DNA of 48,988 nucleotides from Nitrospinales bacterium (GCA_046757665.1 JBHHYO010000012.1:1-48988); one strand, 5' to 3'. Shown: positions 19,418 to 31,356, counted from the first letter of the stretch. Numbers and translations: made by a program. The notes: generated from the letters alone by a model not told the origin.

Positions 19418-20047
19418 CTAACGCGAGTAGAGCTCGACGATCAACTGTTCCTCGATGGGCAGAGTGATATCCTCCCGAACCGGCAACGCCTGCACAATTC
19501 CCTGATTTGTTTCAGGGTCGAAAGCCAACCACTGCGGGGCCGTATGAGTTTTCATTTTTTCCAAGGCGGCCTGCATCAGCTTCTTGTTGAGCTTGTTGGG
19601 GGCCGGAGCAATGACATCGCCTTGTTTCACAATATAGGAGGGGATATTGACTCTTTTTCCATTGATCATGAGATGGTTGTGCAGTACCATCTGCCGCGCG
19701 GCATTTCGTGAGCCGGCAAACCCCAGGCGATACGCCACGTTGTCGAAGCGCAATTCAAGGGTCTGCAACAGGTTTTCTCCGGTGACGCCTTTTTTTCTGT
19801 CGGCGGCGGCGAAGTATTTCCTGAACTGTTTTTCCAGGATCCCATAAATTCTCCGCACTTTTTGTTTTTCCCTCAACTGTGTTCCATATTCGGAGAATTT
19901 TCTTCTTCTGCTCTGGCCGTGCACTCCCGGGGCATAGGCGCGCTTTTCGATAGCGCACTTGGCGGTCACACACCGCTCGCTTTTCAAGAACAATTTAATG
20001 CCTTCCCGACGGCACAAACGACAAACCGAACCTCGATATCTTGCCAA
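19418..20047 (-). CDS. rpsD: 30S ribosomal protein S4 (Cys-containing type)
   Basis: TTG start with [31 protein letters not shown]. Confidence 0.97.
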   Translation of the reverse strand: MARYRGSVCRLCRREGIKLFLKSERCVTAKCAIEKRAYAPGVHGQSRRRKFSEYGTQLREKQKVRRIYGILEKQFRKYFAAADRKKGVTGENLLQTLELRFDNVAYRLGFAGSRNAARQMVLHNHLMINGKRVNIPSYIVKQGDVIAPAPNKLNKKLMQAALEKMKTHTAPQWLAFDPETNQGIVQALPVREDITLPIEEQLIVELYSR

Positions 20048-20078
20048 CTTCCGATTTCCTCCTTTAAACAGTGTGTGG

Positions 20079-20474
20079 TTAAACCCGTCTGCGTTTTCTG
20101 GGCCTGCATCCGTTGTGAGGGATGGGCGTTCTGTCGCGTATCACGGTGATTTCCATGCCGACGGTCTGGAGCGCCCGAATGGAGGACTCTCTGCCGGCGC
20201 CGGGCCCTTTGATGTGCACTTCCAGTTTTTTCATTCCCAGGTCCAGCGCTTTTCTCCCGGCTTTTTCGGCGGCGGTCTGGGCGGCAAAGGGAGTGCTTTT
20301 TCTCGATCCCTTAAACCCCTGGGCTCCGGCGCTGGACCAAGCGATCACATTGCCTGAAGTGTCGGAGATGGTAATAATGGTGTTATTGAACGTCGCCTGT
20401 ACATGGGCAATGCCCATCTCTGGAGCGGTCTTTTGTTTCTTTTTGCCAACCTTGGTGGTTTTACTTTTTGCCAT
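20079..20474 (-). CDS. rpsK: 30S ribosomal protein S11
   Basis: [25 protein letters not shown]. Confidence 0.98.
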   Translation of the reverse strand: MAKSKTTKVGKKKQKTAPEMGIAHVQATFNNTIITISDTSGNVIAWSSAGAQGFKGSRKSTPFAAQTAAEKAGRKALDLGMKKLEVHIKGPGAGRESSIRALQTVGMEITVIRDRTPIPHNGCRPRKRRRV

Positions 20475-20484
20475 GAATCACCTG

Positions 20485-20859
20485 TTATTTTTTTTTGGGT
20501 TTGGAACCGACGGTTTTTTTCGGACCTTTGCGGGTCCGGGAATTGGTATGTGTCCGTTGTCCGCGCACGGGCAGTCCTTTTCGATGACGCAACCCCCGGT
20601 AACTGCCGATATCCATCAAGCGTTTGATGTTGACGTTGATGGCGCGCCGGAGGTCTCCCTCCACTTCGTAATCTTTTTCGATGATGGAGCGGATTTGGGT
20701 GATATCGCCTTCGGTCAGGTCTTTAACACGCATGTCCGGCGACACACCGGCCTTTTCCAGAATTTGACCGGAGGCGGTTCTGCCGATGCCAAAGATATAG
20801 GTCAAGGCAATAATAGCCCGTTTGTCGCTTGGAATGTCTACGCCCGCAATTCTCGCCAT
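20485..20859 (-). CDS. rpsM: 30S ribosomal protein S13
   Basis: [21 protein letters not shown]. Confidence 0.98.
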   Translation of the reverse strand: MARIAGVDIPSDKRAIIALTYIFGIGRTASGQILEKAGVSPDMRVKDLTEGDITQIRSIIEKDYEVEGDLRRAINVNIKRLMDIGSYRGLRHRKGLPVRGQRTHTNSRTRKGPKKTVGSKPKKK

Positions 20860-20881
20860 ATACCGGTCCTTTGCTTATGAA

Positions 20882-20995
20882 TTAACCTTGTCGTTGTTTG
20901 TGTTTGGGGTTCTCGCAAAGCACCCGCACGACGCCCCGCCGGCGGATCACCTTGCACTTGTTGCAAATCGGTTTTACTGAAGATCGAACTTTCAT
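20882..20995 (-). CDS. rpmJ: 50S ribosomal protein L36 (not in ORF track)
   Basis: Manual translation [37 protein letters not shown]. Confidence 0.97.
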   Translation of the reverse strand: MKVRSSVKPICNKCKVIRRRGVVRVLCENPKHKQRQG

Positions 20996-21013
20996 GTCCT
21001 GTGCTCCATCGAT

Positions 21014-21232
21014 TTATTTGTAACGGTAAGTAATGCGCCCTCGACTCAAATCATAAGGGGAAAGCTGTACCTTCACTTTGTCACCGGGTAGAATGCGGAT
21101 GAAGTGCATCCGCATCTTGCCGGAAATATGCGCCAGAATCTTGTGTCCGTTTTCCAGTTCCACCCGGAACATGGCATTGGGGAGGGGTTCGGTCACCGTA
21201 CCCTCCACCTCTATGGAATCTTCCTTGGACAT
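21014..21232 (-). CDS. infA: Translation initiation factor IF-1
   Basis: [11 protein letters not shown]…LAHISGKMR…[10 protein letters not shown]. Confidence 0.98.
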   Translation of the reverse strand: MSKEDSIEVEGTVTEPLPNAMFRVELENGHKILAHISGKMRMHFIRILPGDKVKVQLSPYDLSRGRITYRYK

Positions 21233-21234
21233 AA

Positions 21235-21876
21235 TCAGGACACCAGCGCGCAAACTCGGCTGAATATCTCCTCTTCGGATCCCTGGCCGGTGGTTGTTTT
21301 CAAGTTCCCCTGTTTAGAATAAAAATCCTTTAAAGGGGCCGTTTCATTTTCATAGACTTCCAGCCGCTTGCGAATCGTTTCTTCGTTGTCATCGGGGCGC
21401 TGGTACAAGCCGCCTCCGCAATCGTCGCAGACTCCCGGTTGCCGTGGCGGATGGGACACCTGATGGTACATCGCCCCACAGTCCCGACAGGTGGACCGTC
21501 CGGTCAGGCGGGTCACCAGCTCTTCGTGATCGACGGTAATTTCTATAACGGAGTCTATAGTCTGTTTCATTTCTTTCAAGGTTTCGGACAGTTTTTCCGC
21601 CTGCACGATAGTTCGCGGAAACCCATCCAGAATGTATCCTTTCGCGCAGTCTTTTTGTTTAATTCTTTCCTTGATCAAACCCACCACAATTTCGTCGGGC
21701 ACTAATTGTCCCGCGTCCATGAACGCTTTTGCTTTTCCCCCCAGAGGGGTGCCGTTTTCCACGGCGGCCCGAAGGATGTCCCCCGTGGAAATTTGCGGGA
21801 TATCATATTTGCCCCGCAACTTTTTCCCCTGAGTTCCCTTGCCGGCCCCCGGCGGTCCCAAAAGGATCAACCGCAT
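21235..21876 (-). CDS. adk: Adenylate kinase (Zn-LID type)
   Basis: [21 protein letters not shown]…CDDC LID. Confidence 0.97.
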   Translation of the reverse strand: MRLILLGPPGAGKGTQGKKLRGKYDIPQISTGDILRAAVENGTPLGGKAKAFMDAGQLVPDEIVVGLIKERIKQKDCAKGYILDGFPRTIVQAEKLSETLKEMKQTIDSVIEITVDHEELVTRLTGRSTCRDCGAMYHQVSHPPRQPGVCDDCGGGLYQRPDDNEETIRKRLEVYENETAPLKDFYSKQGNLKTTTGQGSEEEIFSRVCALVS

Positions 21877-21882
21877 AACCCC

Positions 21883-23199
21883 CTATCCCCGACGACTTCG
21901 CAATCTGCCTTTCTTGATGAACCCATCATAGTTTCTCATAACCAAGTGGGATTCGATTTGTTGCATGGTATCAAGCGAAACCCCCACCACGATAAGCAGG
22001 CTGGTGCCTCCAAAATAGAAGGGGATGTTGAAATATTTTATCAAATAATCCGGCAAAATGCAGACCAAAGAAAGATAACATGCACCATAAAAGGTTATTC
22101 GGGAAAGAATCGTGTCAATGTAGTCCGAGGTTTTGGCTCCGGGCCGGATTCCGGGCACGTATCCCCCGTATTTTTTCATATTGTCCGACACGTCCACGGG
22201 ATTGAAAATGACCGCGGTGTAAAAATAGCAAAAGAAAAAGATGGCGCCGATGAAAATCAAGCTGTAAAAAATCGTTCCGGGCGTCAACGATGCGGAAATG
22301 GTTTGCATCCAGGGGTGGTCGATAAACTGGGCGATGGTGGCCGGAAACATGATGATGGAAGAGGCAAAAATCGGCGGAATGACGCCGGAGGTATTGACCT
22401 TCAGGGGCAGATGGGTGCTTTGCCCGCCCATGATTCTTCGTCCGACGACTCGTTTGGCATATTGGATGGGTATCCTGCGTTGCCCCCCCTCGGTAAAAAC
22501 GATGGCGCCGACCACGAACGCCATGAAAACGAGAAGGAAAAGCACGATCAGGGGCTGTAACTCGCCGGTGCCCATCAAATCCATGGATTGAAAGATTGCC
22601 GCCGGCGTACCCGCCACGATGCCTGAAAAAATGATCAATGAAATGCCGTTGCCGATACCTCTTTCGGTAATTTGTTCGCCGAGCCACATGATAAAACAGG
22701 TTCCGGCGGTGAGGGTCAGAATCGTCATAAACCGAAACGACCAGCCCGGCATGGGCACGATAGCGGCGCCCGACGGGCTTTTCATGGCTTCGAGTCCCAC
22801 GCTGATGCCCGAGCTTTGAATCATGCTTAAAACGACCGTGCCATAACGAGTGTATTGGGTGATTTTCTTTTGCCCCTGTTCGCCCTCTTTTTTCAATCGC
22901 GCGAGGTAGGGGGAAATAATCGTCATCAACTGCAAAATGATGGAGGCGCTGATGTAGGGCATAATGCCCAGCGCGAAGATGGTCAAGCGCCTCAAGGCCC
23001 CGCCGGAGAACATATCGAAAAAACCCAGAATGGTTCCCTGGGTTCTGGCAAACACCTCGGCCAGCGCGGCGGAGTCGATTCCCGGCGTGGGAATATGCGC
23101 CCCAATGCGGTAAACGGCCAGGATCCCCAGCGTGAAAAGGACGCGCCTTTTCAGCTCCGGAATCCTGAAAATATTCCCAAACCCTTGCGCTCCGCTCAT
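21883..23199 (-). CDS. secY: Preprotein translocase SecY
   Basis: IFALGIMPYISASII, WLGEQITERGIGNGISL, GVIPPIFASS. Confidence 0.98.
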   Translation of the reverse strand: MSGAQGFGNIFRIPELKRRVLFTLGILAVYRIGAHIPTPGIDSAALAEVFARTQGTILGFFDMFSGGALRRLTIFALGIMPYISASIILQLMTIISPYLARLKKEGEQGQKKITQYTRYGTVVLSMIQSSGISVGLEAMKSPSGAAIVPMPGWSFRFMTILTLTAGTCFIMWLGEQITERGIGNGISLIIFSGIVAGTPAAIFQSMDLMGTGELQPLIVLFLLVFMAFVVGAIVFTEGGQRRIPIQYAKRVVGRRIMGGQSTHLPLKVNTSGVIPPIFASSIIMFPATIAQFIDHPWMQTISASLTPGTIFYSLIFIGAIFFFCYFYTAVIFNPVDVSDNMKKYGGYVPGIRPGAKTSDYIDTILSRITFYGACYLSLVCILPDYLIKYFNIPFYFGGTSLLIVVGVSLDTMQQIESHLVMRNYDGFIKKGRLRSRRG

Positions 23200-23639
23200 T
23201 AAAGGACTACGGCCTTTCCGCCGGATTTTTCAATTTTTTTCAAGGCTGATTTGCTGAATTTGTGTGCATGAATGGTCAGGGCTCCGGCCAGGTCGCCGTT
23301 GCCCAGGATTTTGACGGGACCCGACTTTTTGATCAGTCCTTTTGCTTTCATTAGTTCCGGCGTCACGGGCTCCTGGGTGTCGATTTTGGCAAACCGCGAA
23401 AGGTTCACGACTTCGAATGATTTTTTAAATATGTTGGTAAACCCGCGCTTGGGGAGACGGCGTTGCAAAGGCATCTGCCCGCCCTCAAACCAGGGATGAA
23501 TTCCCTTGCCGGAACGCGACTTCTGGCCTTTCTGCCCCTTACCGCATGTTTTGCCGGTACCGGACCCAACGCCGCGGCCGATTCTTTTCCTGTTTTTTCG
23601 GGTTCCCGCCGCGGGTTTCAAACTGGACAATGAAAGCAT
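23199..23639 (-). CDS. rplO: 50S ribosomal protein L15
   Basis: RIGRGVGSGTGKT, FEGGQMPLQRRLPKRGF. Confidence 0.98.
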   Translation of the reverse strand: MLSLSSLKPAAGTRKNRKRIGRGVGSGTGKTCGKGQKGQKSRSGKGIHPWFEGGQMPLQRRLPKRGFTNIFKKSFEVVNLSRFAKIDTQEPVTPELMKAKGLIKKSGPVKILGNGDLAGALTIHAHKFSKSALKKIEKSGGKAVVL

Positions 23640-23654
23640 TTCGACTGTTCCGGT

Positions 23655-24146
23655 TTATTTTGATTTTGGTTTCGCACGCAACTCCGCCAACTGTTTGGCG
23701 GCGCGCAAGCATGTCAACCCCTGGATAGTGGCCTTGACCACGTTGTGCGGGTTGTTGGTTCTCAAACATTTTGTCAGGATGTCCTTGACGCCCACCGCTT
23801 CCAGAACGGCGCGAACGGCGCCGCCGGCAATCAATCCGGTGCCTCGGGAAGCAGGTTTCAACAACACCCGTCCGGCGCCGTATTTGCCGATGACCTCGTG
23901 CGGGATGGTGTGCCCGTCCAGGCTGACGGCAATCGAATTTTTTCGGGCTTTTTCAATTCCCTTGCGGATCGCCTCCGGCACTTCGTTGGCCTTGCCAAGC
24001 CCCCAGCCGACCTTGCCGCTTTTGTCGCCGACAACGACCAGGGCGCTGAAGCTGAACCGGCGTCCGCCTTTCACCACTTTGGCGACGCGCTTGATGGTCA
24101 CCAGTTTGTCGATTAATTCCGGTTTGTTTTCGGTTTGTTTCTGCAA
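23655..24146 (-). CDS. rpsE: 30S ribosomal protein S5
   Basis: TTG start; [22 protein letters not shown]. Confidence 0.97.
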   Translation of the reverse strand: MQKQTENKPELIDKLVTIKRVAKVVKGGRRFSFSALVVVGDKSGKVGWGLGKANEVPEAIRKGIEKARKNSIAVSLDGHTIPHEVIGKYGAGRVLLKPASRGTGLIAGGAVRAVLEAVGVKDILTKCLRTNNPHNVVKATIQGLTCLRAAKQLAELRAKPKSK

Positions 24147-24190
24147 TGAATCCTCCCAAGGCTGTCGGCTCTTGTGAACCGGCCGCGGGG

Positions 24191-24556
24191 TTAAAATTTG
24201 ACTCCCGCCTCTCTTACGGCATCGGCCAACGCCTTGACACGCCCGTGATAAATAAAACCGTTGCGGTCATAATAGAGTTCCTTGATCCCCTGCTCCACGG
24301 CTTTTTTGCCCAGGGTTTGTCCGACCCACCGCGCGGCGGCGATGTTGCCGCCGTGTTTCCGGGTGGTTCTAAATTCCTTGGACACCGTGGATGCGGACAC
24401 CAGGGTTTTATTCTGAATGTCATCCATAATCTGGGCGTAAATATGACTTGCGCTTTTGAATACGGACAACCGCAGTTTGTTCTTGTTTCTTTGAACCCGG
24501 CGTTTTACGTGAAGCTTACGCCGGAGTCTCAACTTGTAACGCATACAAACAGACAT
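24191..24556 (-). CDS. rplR: 50S ribosomal protein L18
   Basis: [32 protein letters not shown]. Confidence 0.96.
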   Translation of the reverse strand: MSVCMRYKLRLRRKLHVKRRVQRNKNKLRLSVFKSASHIYAQIMDDIQNKTLVSASTVSKEFRTTRKHGGNIAAARWVGQTLGKKAVEQGIKELYYDRNGFIYHGRVKALADAVREAGVKF

Positions 24557-24569
24557 TCATCAACTCCTG

Positions 24570-25121
24570 TCAGCCACCCGCACCCGCGGCGGCCTTGCCG
24601 GCTTTTCTTCTGATTTTCTCATCCGCGTACATGACTCCCTTGCCCTTATAGGGTTCCGGAGGCCTGAAACTCCTGATTACCGCGGAAACCTGCCCAACCT
24701 TTTCCTTGTCGATGCCGGTGACGGCAACGGTATTTTTCTTGGAATCCACCTGAAACTCGATTCCCTCCGGCACGGGATAATTGATCGGATGGGAATACCC
24801 CAATTGCAATACCAGGTCTTTTCCCTTCTGCTCAACCTTGTATCCCACTCCGACAATGTTGAGGACTTTGGTATAACCCTGGGTGACGCCGACAACCATG
24901 TTGTTGATCAGGGTTCGGGTAAGCCCATGCAACCCTCTGTTCAACCGCTCATCGTTGGGACGAATGACCCGGATTTCCCCCTTGTCCACTTCGATTTTCA
25001 TATTGGGGTGCAACTTGCGTTGCAATTGTCCCTTGGGTCCCTTGACCCGGGCCAAGCCATTATCCAATTTAAATTCTACTCCCTGGGGCAGAGGCACCGG
25101 AAGCTTTCCGACTCTCGACAT
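24570..25121 (-). CDS. rplF: 50S ribosomal protein L6
   Basis: MSRVGKLPV, RPPEPYKGKG. Confidence 0.98.
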   Translation of the reverse strand: MSRVGKLPVPLPQGVEFKLDNGLARVKGPKGQLQRKLHPNMKIEVDKGEIRVIRPNDERLNRGLHGLTRTLINNMVVGVTQGYTKVLNIVGVGYKVEQKGKDLVLQLGYSHPINYPVPEGIEFQVDSKKNTVAVTGIDKEKVGQVSAVIRSFRPPEPYKGKGVMYADEKIRRKAGKAAAGAGG

Positions 25122-25139
25122 TTTATCTTATTCCTCGAT

Positions 25140-25535
25140 TTACCAAACGCAACCCAAGACCTCGCCGCCGACGCCTTTTTCCCTGGCGGAGCGGTCAGTC
25201 ATCACCCCGGCGGAAGTGGAAATAATCGCCACGCCCAGACCGTTCAACACGTTGGGAACGGCGTCTTTTTTAACATAGGCGCGTCTCCCCGGCTTGCTGA
25301 TTCTTTTGATCCCGCGGATTACGGATTCCTCGCCCTGGTACTTCAAATAGAGCCTCAGGACGCCCTGCTTGTTATCTGTCATCGTCTTGAAATTTTTGAT
25401 GAATCCTTCTTCCCTCAAAATTTCGGCGATACGGGTCTTCATATTGGAATTAGGAACATCCAATTTGTCGTGGTGCGCCATAATCGCGTTTCGCAGACGG
25501 GTAAACAGGTCCGCGATGGGGTCGGTCATTGACAT
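25140..25535 (-). CDS. rpsH: 30S ribosomal protein S8
   Basis: [30 protein letters not shown]. Confidence 0.98.
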   Translation of the reverse strand: MSMTDPIADLFTRLRNAIMAHHDKLDVPNSNMKTRIAEILREEGFIKNFKTMTDNKQGVLRLYLKYQGEESVIRGIKRISKPGRRAYVKKDAVPNVLNGLGVAIISTSAGVMTDRSAREKGVGGEVLGCVW

Positions 25536-25601
25536 AATCCGATTACACTCCTCAAAAGTCTTGAAAATTCCGGGTCGGAAGCGGCGCCGGGGCGCCGGGT
25601 T

Positions 25602-25787
25602 TCACCAGCTCGATGTGTTCACGCCGGGAATTTCGCCCAGCAGAGCCCGCGACCGGAAACAGATTCGGCACATGCCGAACTTCCGCAGATAGCCCCGAGG
25701 CCGGCCGCAGATTCGACAACGATTGTACTGCCGGACCTTGAACTTCGGTTTGCGCTCGGCTTTTGCGATTAACGATTTTTTCGCCAT
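25602..25787 (-). CDS. rpsN: 30S ribosomal protein S14, type Z (Zn-binding)
   Basis: 61 aa; RCRICGRP…MCRICFR. Confidence 0.97.
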   Translation of the reverse strand: MAKKSLIAKAERKPKFKVRQYNRCRICGRPRGYLRKFGMCRICFRSRALLGEIPGVNTSSW

Positions 25788-25826
25788 AAATCAAATTCTC
25801 TCGACTCACCCGCCGCACGGATTGTT

Positions 25827-26369
25827 TCAGTTCCGGCGCAGGGGCAGTCCCAGTATTTGCAAAAGGCACCGGCCTTCTTCATCCGTCTTGGCGCTGGTGC
25901 AAAGTGTGATGTTCAATCCCTTGATTTTCTCGATCTTGTCATATTCGATTTCCGGGAAAATCAACTGCTCTTTCAGGCCGATGGTGTAGTTTCCGCGGCC
26001 GTCAAACGAGCGCGGCGACAGGCCCTTGAAGTCGCGCTCCCGGGGCAGGGCAAAAGAAACCAGACGCTCGAAAAAGTCATACATTCTTCCCCGGCGCAGA
26101 GTCACCCGCACTCCGATAGCCACTCCCTCGCGAAGCTTGAAATTGGAAATGGCCTTTTTGGACCGGGTAACCACGGGGGCCTGGCCGGCAATGATTTTCA
26201 ACTGGTTCACTCCCGACTCGATCAGCTTGGGATTCTGCAAAGCTTCTCCCAAACCGATATTGACGACGATTTTTTCCAGCCGGGGAACCTGCATGATATT
26301 TTTCAGGCCCAGTTCCTTCTGGATTTGCGCCTTGAGCTTTTCGTCGTAATTTTTTTTCAAATTGGACAT
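25827..26369 (-). CDS. rplE: 50S ribosomal protein L5
   Basis: [27 protein letters not shown]. Confidence 0.98.
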   Translation of the reverse strand: MSNLKKNYDEKLKAQIQKELGLKNIMQVPRLEKIVVNIGLGEALQNPKLIESGVNQLKIIAGQAPVVTRSKKAISNFKLREGVAIGVRVTLRRGRMYDFFERLVSFALPRERDFKGLSPRSFDGRGNYTIGLKEQLIFPEIEYDKIEKIKGLNITLCTSAKTDEEGRCLLQILGLPLRRN

Positions 26370-26421
26370 TGTCGTTTTTTTCCGGCCCGCTTGTTACTCC
26401 CCCCGCCAAGGAGAGCTGTTG

Positions 26422-26763
26422 TTAAACTTTATCGATAACCTCGCCGCATTTTTTGCACGCCCGGACCCGCTTGCCGTCTTCGAGCCTTTTTCTCCTGACG
26501 CGCACCCCCTTGCCGCACTTGTCGCACACCAGCAGGACATTGGAGAGAGCGATTTTGCCTTCACGTTCCAGAATCCCGCCCTGGGTGTTTTTCTTGTCCG
26601 GCTTGACGTGCCGTTTCAGCATATTGAGCTTTTCAATGGTCAGCCGGTTTTCTTCAGGAAACAGGGCGAGGACTTTTCCCTTCTTGCCCTTTTCCTTGCC
26701 GGCAATAACTTGCACAATATCGTCTTTTTTCAGATGCTGTTTCGATTTTTCGCCGACCGTCAT
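26422..26763 (-). CDS. rplX: 50S ribosomal protein L24
   Basis: [23 protein letters not shown] motif; ATGA overlap with the rplN stop. Confidence 0.96.
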   Translation of the reverse strand: MTVGEKSKQHLKKDDIVQVIAGKEKGKKGKVLALFPEENRLTIEKLNMLKRHVKPDKKNTQGGILEREGKIALSNVLLVCDKCGKGVRVRRKRLEDGKRVRACKKCGEVIDKV

Positions 26764-27128
26764 AGTACCTCGGGCGCAAGTGAAATAATTTTCATGAACC
26801 GTTTGCCGCGCAATTCCCGCGCTACGGGCCCGAAGATGCGGGTTCCCAGGGGTTCCTTGGTATCGGAGACCAGCACGGCGGCATTGTTGTCGAATTTGAT
26901 ATAAGACCCGTTGGGCCGCCGTATTTCCTTGCGGGTTCGAACCACCACGGCTTTTTTGACCTCGCCCGTTTTGACCGGGGAATGCGGTTCGGCCTCCTTG
27001 ACGCTGACGACAATGATATCTCCGATCCTCGCATACCGGCGGTTGGACCCGCCCAACACCTTGATACATTGGACTTTCTTGGCGCCGGAATTGTCCGCGA
27101 CCTCAAGCACTGTGCGCAGTTGAATCAT
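26760..27128 (-). CDS. rplN: 50S ribosomal protein L14
   Basis: [37 protein letters not shown]. Confidence 0.98.
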   Translation of the reverse strand: MIQLRTVLEVADNSGAKKVQCIKVLGGSNRRYARIGDIIVVSVKEAEPHSPVKTGEVKKAVVVRTRKEIRRPNGSYIKFDNNAAVLVSDTKEPLGTRIFGPVARELRGKRFMKIISLAPEVL

Positions 27129-27418
27129 TTCTTCCCCTTGACCTCGGCGACTACCGCTCTCTTGACGACTTCCAGCAAGCGCCAGCGTTTTTCCTTGCTC
27201 AACGGGCGGCACTCGAGAATTTGAATCAGGTCGCCGACCTTACATTCGTTGCGTTCGTCGTGGACTTTATATTTTTTGTTGCTTTTGACGACTTTTTTAA
27301 ACACGGGGTGGTTGAACTTTCTTTCCACAACCACGACCACGGTTTTGTCCATCTTGTTACTGACAACCTGTCCGATCATGCTTTTTCGGCTTTTTGGCCT
27401 GGTCGATCCATTTCCCAT
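27125..27418 (-). CDS. rpsQ: 30S ribosomal protein S17
   Basis: [25 protein letters not shown]. Confidence 0.97.
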   Translation of the reverse strand: MGNGSTRPKSRKSMIGQVVSNKMDKTVVVVVERKFNHPVFKKVVKSNKKYKVHDERNECKVGDLIQILECRPLSKEKRWRLLEVVKRAVVAEVKGKK

Positions 27419-27490
27419 CGGCGTACATCCTTTTTCATTTATGGCAACAGCAACCGGTTTGCCCCTCTTCAGGCAAGCGCGGATTCGGAT

Positions 27491-27730
27491 TTACTCCGCG
27501 GCTTGCTGAGGACTCTGGTTATTTTCCGCTTCCGTTTTGGCGCGGGAAACTTGTTCATGTTGAATCGTTTTGATCTTCGCAATATCCCGGCGGAGCAACC
27601 GCAGTTGACTGGGGTTTTCAATTTTTCCGGTCGCCAGTTGAAACTTCAAATTAAAAAGCTCTTCTTGCAAATCGCGAATCTTGTCTTCCCGTTCCCTGTC
27701 CGAGAGGTCTCTGATTTCACTGGTTTTCAT
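27491..27730 (-). CDS. rpmC: 50S ribosomal protein L29
   Basis: EELFNLKFQLATG…RRDIAKIKT. Confidence 0.96.
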   Translation of the reverse strand: MKTSEIRDLSDREREDKIRDLQEELFNLKFQLATGKIENPSQLRLLRRDIAKIKTIQHEQVSRAKTEAENNQSPQQAAE

Positions 27731-27753
27731 AGTTCAACTGTTTTTTTCGTGGC

Positions 27754-28161
27754 TCAATGTTTTTCGATAAACCGCGTGGGTACCGGAAGCTTGTGGGCGG
27801 CCAGGCGAAACGCTTCCTTGGCAATATCCCGCGGCACACCTTCCATTTCATAGAGAACTCTTCCGGGCCGGACCACGGTCACCCAGAACTCCGGATTGCC
27901 CTTGCCCTTGCCCATCCGGGTTTCGGCGGGTTTTTTGGACACCGGTTTATCCGGGAAAATTCTCAGCCAGATTTTCCCGCCTCTTTTCACATGACGGGTC
28001 ATGGCAATACGCGCGGCCTCAATCTGGCGGTCGGTGATGCGGCCGCAGGAAACGGCCTGCAAACCGAACGAACCGAAACTCAGCTCGCCACCACGAAAGG
28101 CAACTCCTCTCATGCGGCCTTTATGGCGCTTGCGGTACTTGACTTTTTTGGGCATCAACAC
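27754..28161 (-). CDS. rplP: 50S ribosomal protein L16
   Basis: [28 protein letters not shown]. Confidence 0.98.
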   Translation of the reverse strand: MLMPKKVKYRKRHKGRMRGVAFRGGELSFGSFGLQAVSCGRITDRQIEAARIAMTRHVKRGGKIWLRIFPDKPVSKKPAETRMGKGKGNPEFWVTVVRPGRVLYEMEGVPRDIAKEAFRLAAHKLPVPTRFIEKH

Positions 28162-28233
28162 AGCACAAAATCTCCTATGCGGGTGGTTCCGGCCCCTGGG
28201 GCGCCGGGAAACCGCCGGACTTGCCGGCGCCGG

Positions 28234-28902
28234 TTATTCGGCAGTTTCCGCCTTAACGGGAGGCGCCTGGATTTCCGGCAAAATATCTCCCTTGTAAACC
28301 CAAACCTTGATTCCGATGACTCCATAAGTCGTTTGGCCCCGGGCGGTGCCGTAATCGATATCGGCGCGCAGGGTATGCAACGGCACGCGGCCTTCTCGGT
28401 ACCATTCATCGCGGGCGATTTCCGCGCCGCCCAGCCTTCCGGAACACCGCACCTTGATCCCTTTGGCGCCAAACCGCAAGGCCGAGATGACGCCTTTTTT
28501 CATGGCCCGGCGGAATGAAATCCTTTTCTCCAACTGCAGGGCGATATTCTGGGCGATCAGGGGCGCGTCAACTTCCGCCCGGCGGATTTCCTTGATGTTC
28601 AGGTTGAACTGCTTGCCGGGGATGATCCTCTGAAGCTCTTCCTTCAACCGGTCAACTTCCAACCCTTTCTTGCCGATGATGATTCCGGGCCGCGCGGTAT
28701 GGATGTTAACGCGCAACCGATTGCTGGAGCGCTCAATCTCCACCCTCGATATCCCGGCATGGGAAAGGGTTTTAGTGATGTACTTCCTGATCCGGATATC
28801 CTCGTGCAAATATTCCGTGTAGCTTTTCTTGGCATACCAGTTGGACGACCAGGTTTTGTTGATACCCAGCCGAAATCCTATAGGATGAACTTTTTGACCC
28901 AC
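28234..28902 (-). CDS. rpsC: 30S ribosomal protein S3
   Basis: [27 protein letters not shown]. Confidence 0.98.
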   Translation of the reverse strand: MGQKVHPIGFRLGINKTWSSNWYAKKSYTEYLHEDIRIRKYITKTLSHAGISRVEIERSSNRLRVNIHTARPGIIIGKKGLEVDRLKEELQRIIPGKQFNLNIKEIRRAEVDAPLIAQNIALQLEKRISFRRAMKKGVISALRFGAKGIKVRCSGRLGGAEIARDEWYREGRVPLHTLRADIDYGTARGQTTYGVIGIKVWVYKGDILPEIQAPPVKAETAE

Positions 28903-28918
28903 GCGGGTTCCTCCAGAT

Positions 28919-29254
28919 TTATTTTTCGTCCAAAATAATGGTGATGTGGCTCATCCGTTTCAGGATGGGCGTGGCCATCCCCCGTGCCCGAGGGGTCTGC
29001 CGTTTCCACATCACGCCCTTGTCCACCCGAATGCTCTTGACGTACAAATCGTCCACATCGAGGACCTGATGATTTTCCTCGGCGTTGGCAACGGCCGATT
29101 TCAAAAGCCTCTGAATGGTTTGCGCGGCTTTTTTCGGGGTGAACGCCAGGATATTCATTGCATCGTTAACGTTCTTCCCGCGAATCAAGTCGGCGACCAA
29201 ACGCGCTTTCCTCGGGGTGGAATGGGTATGTTTCAATTTTGCCTTGATTTCCAT
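28919..29254 (-). CDS. rplV: 50S ribosomal protein L22
   Basis: [26 protein letters not shown]. Confidence 0.97.
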   Translation of the reverse strand: MEIKAKLKHTHSTPRKARLVADLIRGKNVNDAMNILAFTPKKAAQTIQRLLKSAVANAEENHQVLDVDDLYVKSIRVDKGVMWKRQTPRARGMATPILKRMSHITIILDEK

Positions 29255-29284
29255 GTCTCAGACCTTTGCGACAAGGGCGGTTTC

Positions 29285-29572
29285 TCAACCCTTGGGCGGC
29301 GGGGCTTTCTTCGAGGTGCCGCTATGAGCCCTGAAGGTGCGCGTCGGAGAAAACTCTCCCAGCTTATGCCCCACCATGTTTTCGGTTATAAAAACCGGAA
29401 TGAATTTTTTTCCGTTATGAACCGCCAGGGTATGCCCCACGAAATCCGGCGAAATTGTCGACCGGCGAGACCAGGTTTTGATGATTTTCCTGTCCCGGAT
29501 GCGATTCATCTCCTCAATTTTCTTGACCAGATATTCATCAATAAACGGCCCTTTTTTTAATGATCTCGGCAT
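29285..29572 (-). CDS. rpsS: 30S ribosomal protein S19
   Basis: [28 protein letters not shown]. Confidence 0.98.
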   Translation of the reverse strand: MPRSLKKGPFIDEYLVKKIEEMNRIRDRKIIKTWSRRSTISPDFVGHTLAVHNGKKFIPVFITENMVGHKLGEFSPTRTFRAHSGTSKKAPPPKG

Positions 29573-29598
29573 AGCCCCTCGTTACACGGTTCAGCGGG

Positions 29599-30426
29599 TT
29601 ATTTTTTTCTTCGACTGACGATAAATTTACTGGACGGCTTGCGGACCTTGCGCGTTTTGGCGCCCTTGGCCGGCTGTCCCCAGGGACTGCAAGGGTGTCT
29701 GCCGCCGGAAGACCGGCCTTCGCCGCCCCCCATGGGGTGATCGACGGGATTCATCACAACGGCCCGCACCCGGGGACGCCTTCCCATCCATCGAATCCTT
29801 CCGGCCTTGCCGTAGGAAATATTTTCATGCTCGACATTGCCCACGGTGCCGACGGTGGCCCGGCACTGCAAGACGACCTGGCGGACTTCTCCGGAAGGCA
29901 GTTTGACGGTGGCGTACTTGCCTTCCTTGGCCATCAGGCGCGCAAAGGCTCCAGCGCTACGCACCAGCTGGGCGCCCTTTCCGGGCCGCATTTCGATATT
30001 GTGGACCAGCGTTCCCAAGGGGATATCGTTCAACGGCAGGCAATTTCCGGGCCGTATCTCGGCGCTCGTTCCGGAGGCCACCGGGTGTCCGTCGGTCACG
30101 CCGGCAGGGGCGAGGATGTAGCGTTTTTCTCCATCCCGATAGACTACCAGGGCGATGTAGGCAGAGCGGTTGGGATCGTACTCGATACCGGCCACCCGCC
30201 CGGGCACCCCGTCCTTGTTTCTTTTAAAATCGACACGCCGGTAAAGTTTTTTATGGCCGCCACCGCGCCTTTTGGCGGTAATCCGCCCGTGGTTGTTGCG
30301 CCCTCCCCGCTTGGGCAGAGAGACCAGCAGGCTTTTTTCAGGAGCGGACCGGGTCACTTCCTCGAATCCGGAAATGGTCTGAAACCGGACGCCCGGTGAT
30401 GTCGGTTTTAACTTTCTTGTAGCCAT
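29599..30426 (-). CDS. rplB: 50S ribosomal protein L2
   Basis: [22 protein letters not shown]. Confidence 0.98.
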   Translation of the reverse strand: MATRKLKPTSPGVRFQTISGFEEVTRSAPEKSLLVSLPKRGGRNNHGRITAKRRGGGHKKLYRRVDFKRNKDGVPGRVAGIEYDPNRSAYIALVVYRDGEKRYILAPAGVTDGHPVASGTSAEIRPGNCLPLNDIPLGTLVHNIEMRPGKGAQLVRSAGAFARLMAKEGKYATVKLPSGEVRQVVLQCRATVGTVGNVEHENISYGKAGRIRWMGRRPRVRAVVMNPVDHPMGGGEGRSSGGRHPCSPWGQPAKGAKTRKVRKPSSKFIVSRRKK

Positions 30427-30434
30427 AACGGCGC

Positions 30435-30725
30435 TCAGACTCCTTCGAAAATCTCGATTTTATCGCCTTCCTTCAACCGCACTAGCGCTTTTTTCCAATC
30501 CTTGGCCCTGCCCAGGGTGCGCCCGAAGCGCTTGAGCTTACCGCCGACCCTGACGGTATTGACGCACAACACTTTCACATTAAAAATTTTTTCCACGGCG
30601 GTTTTGATCTGGATTTTGTTGGCTTTTCTGTGTACGGCAAACGCCACCCAGTTGTTTGCGTGGAGCATTTCCATGCTCTTTTCGGTGATCAGGGGTTTTT
30701 CTATGATCCAATGATAATCGCTCAT
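30435..30725 (-). CDS. rplW: 50S ribosomal protein L23
   Basis: [29 protein letters not shown]. Confidence 0.97.
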   Translation of the reverse strand: MSDYHWIIEKPLITEKSMEMLHANNWVAFAVHRKANKIQIKTAVEKIFNVKVLCVNTVRVGGKLKRFGRTLGRAKDWKKALVRLKEGDKIEIFEGV

Positions 30726-31351
30726 CAGTTCAACCGCTCCTCGATTTTTTTCAATGTTTCCCGGGTGCAGACGATTTTATCGTGCGCCAGCAGGTCGAAA
30801 ACATTCAGCCCCTCAACTTTCAGCACGTTAACATGCGGGATGTTGCGCACCGCCAACTCCAGGTTAGGATTTTTTTCCGCGAGGAGAAAAAGGGTTTTGG
30901 CGGGGAATCCCATGGATTTCAAAAAAGCGACGCCGACCTTGGTTTTGGGCTGTTCGATGACAATCTGATCCATGACCGTGAGCCGGCTGTTTTGCAGGCG
31001 CTCGGTGAGGACGGATTTGAGGGCTTTTTTCTTGTTTGTTTTGGACATCTTGAGAGCGTAATCCCTGGGAGAGGGGCCGAAAACCGTTCTGCCGCCGCGC
31101 CAGAGAGGCGACCGGAAACTCCCCGCGCGCGCCCTGCCGGTCCCCTTTTGCCGCCAGGGTTTTTTCCCGGTGCCGCGCAACTCGGACATACTCTGCTTGG
31201 TGGCGGCGGTTCCCCGCCGGCGCGCGGCCAACTGGCCGACCACGTACTGATGCACCAGATGATCCTTGATGGGCACGTCGAAGACCTCCGAAGAGACTTC
31301 AATGATGCCGATTTTCTGGTTGTTGATGTCGATCACATCGAGTTGCGGCAT
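30725..31351 (-). CDS. rplD: 50S ribosomal protein L4
   Basis: KKPWRQKGTGRARAGS; start probably ATG 31351 (alternative TTG 31378). Confidence 0.96.
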   Translation of the reverse strand: MPQLDVIDINNQKIGIIEVSSEVFDVPIKDHLVHQYVVGQLAARRRGTAATKQSMSELRGTGKKPWRQKGTGRARAGSFRSPLWRGGRTVFGPSPRDYALKMSKTNKKKALKSVLTERLQNSRLTVMDQIVIEQPKTKVGVAFLKSMGFPAKTLFLLAEKNPNLELAVRNIPHVNVLKVEGLNVFDLLAHDKIVCTRETLKKIEERLN

Positions 31352-31356
31352 GGCGT

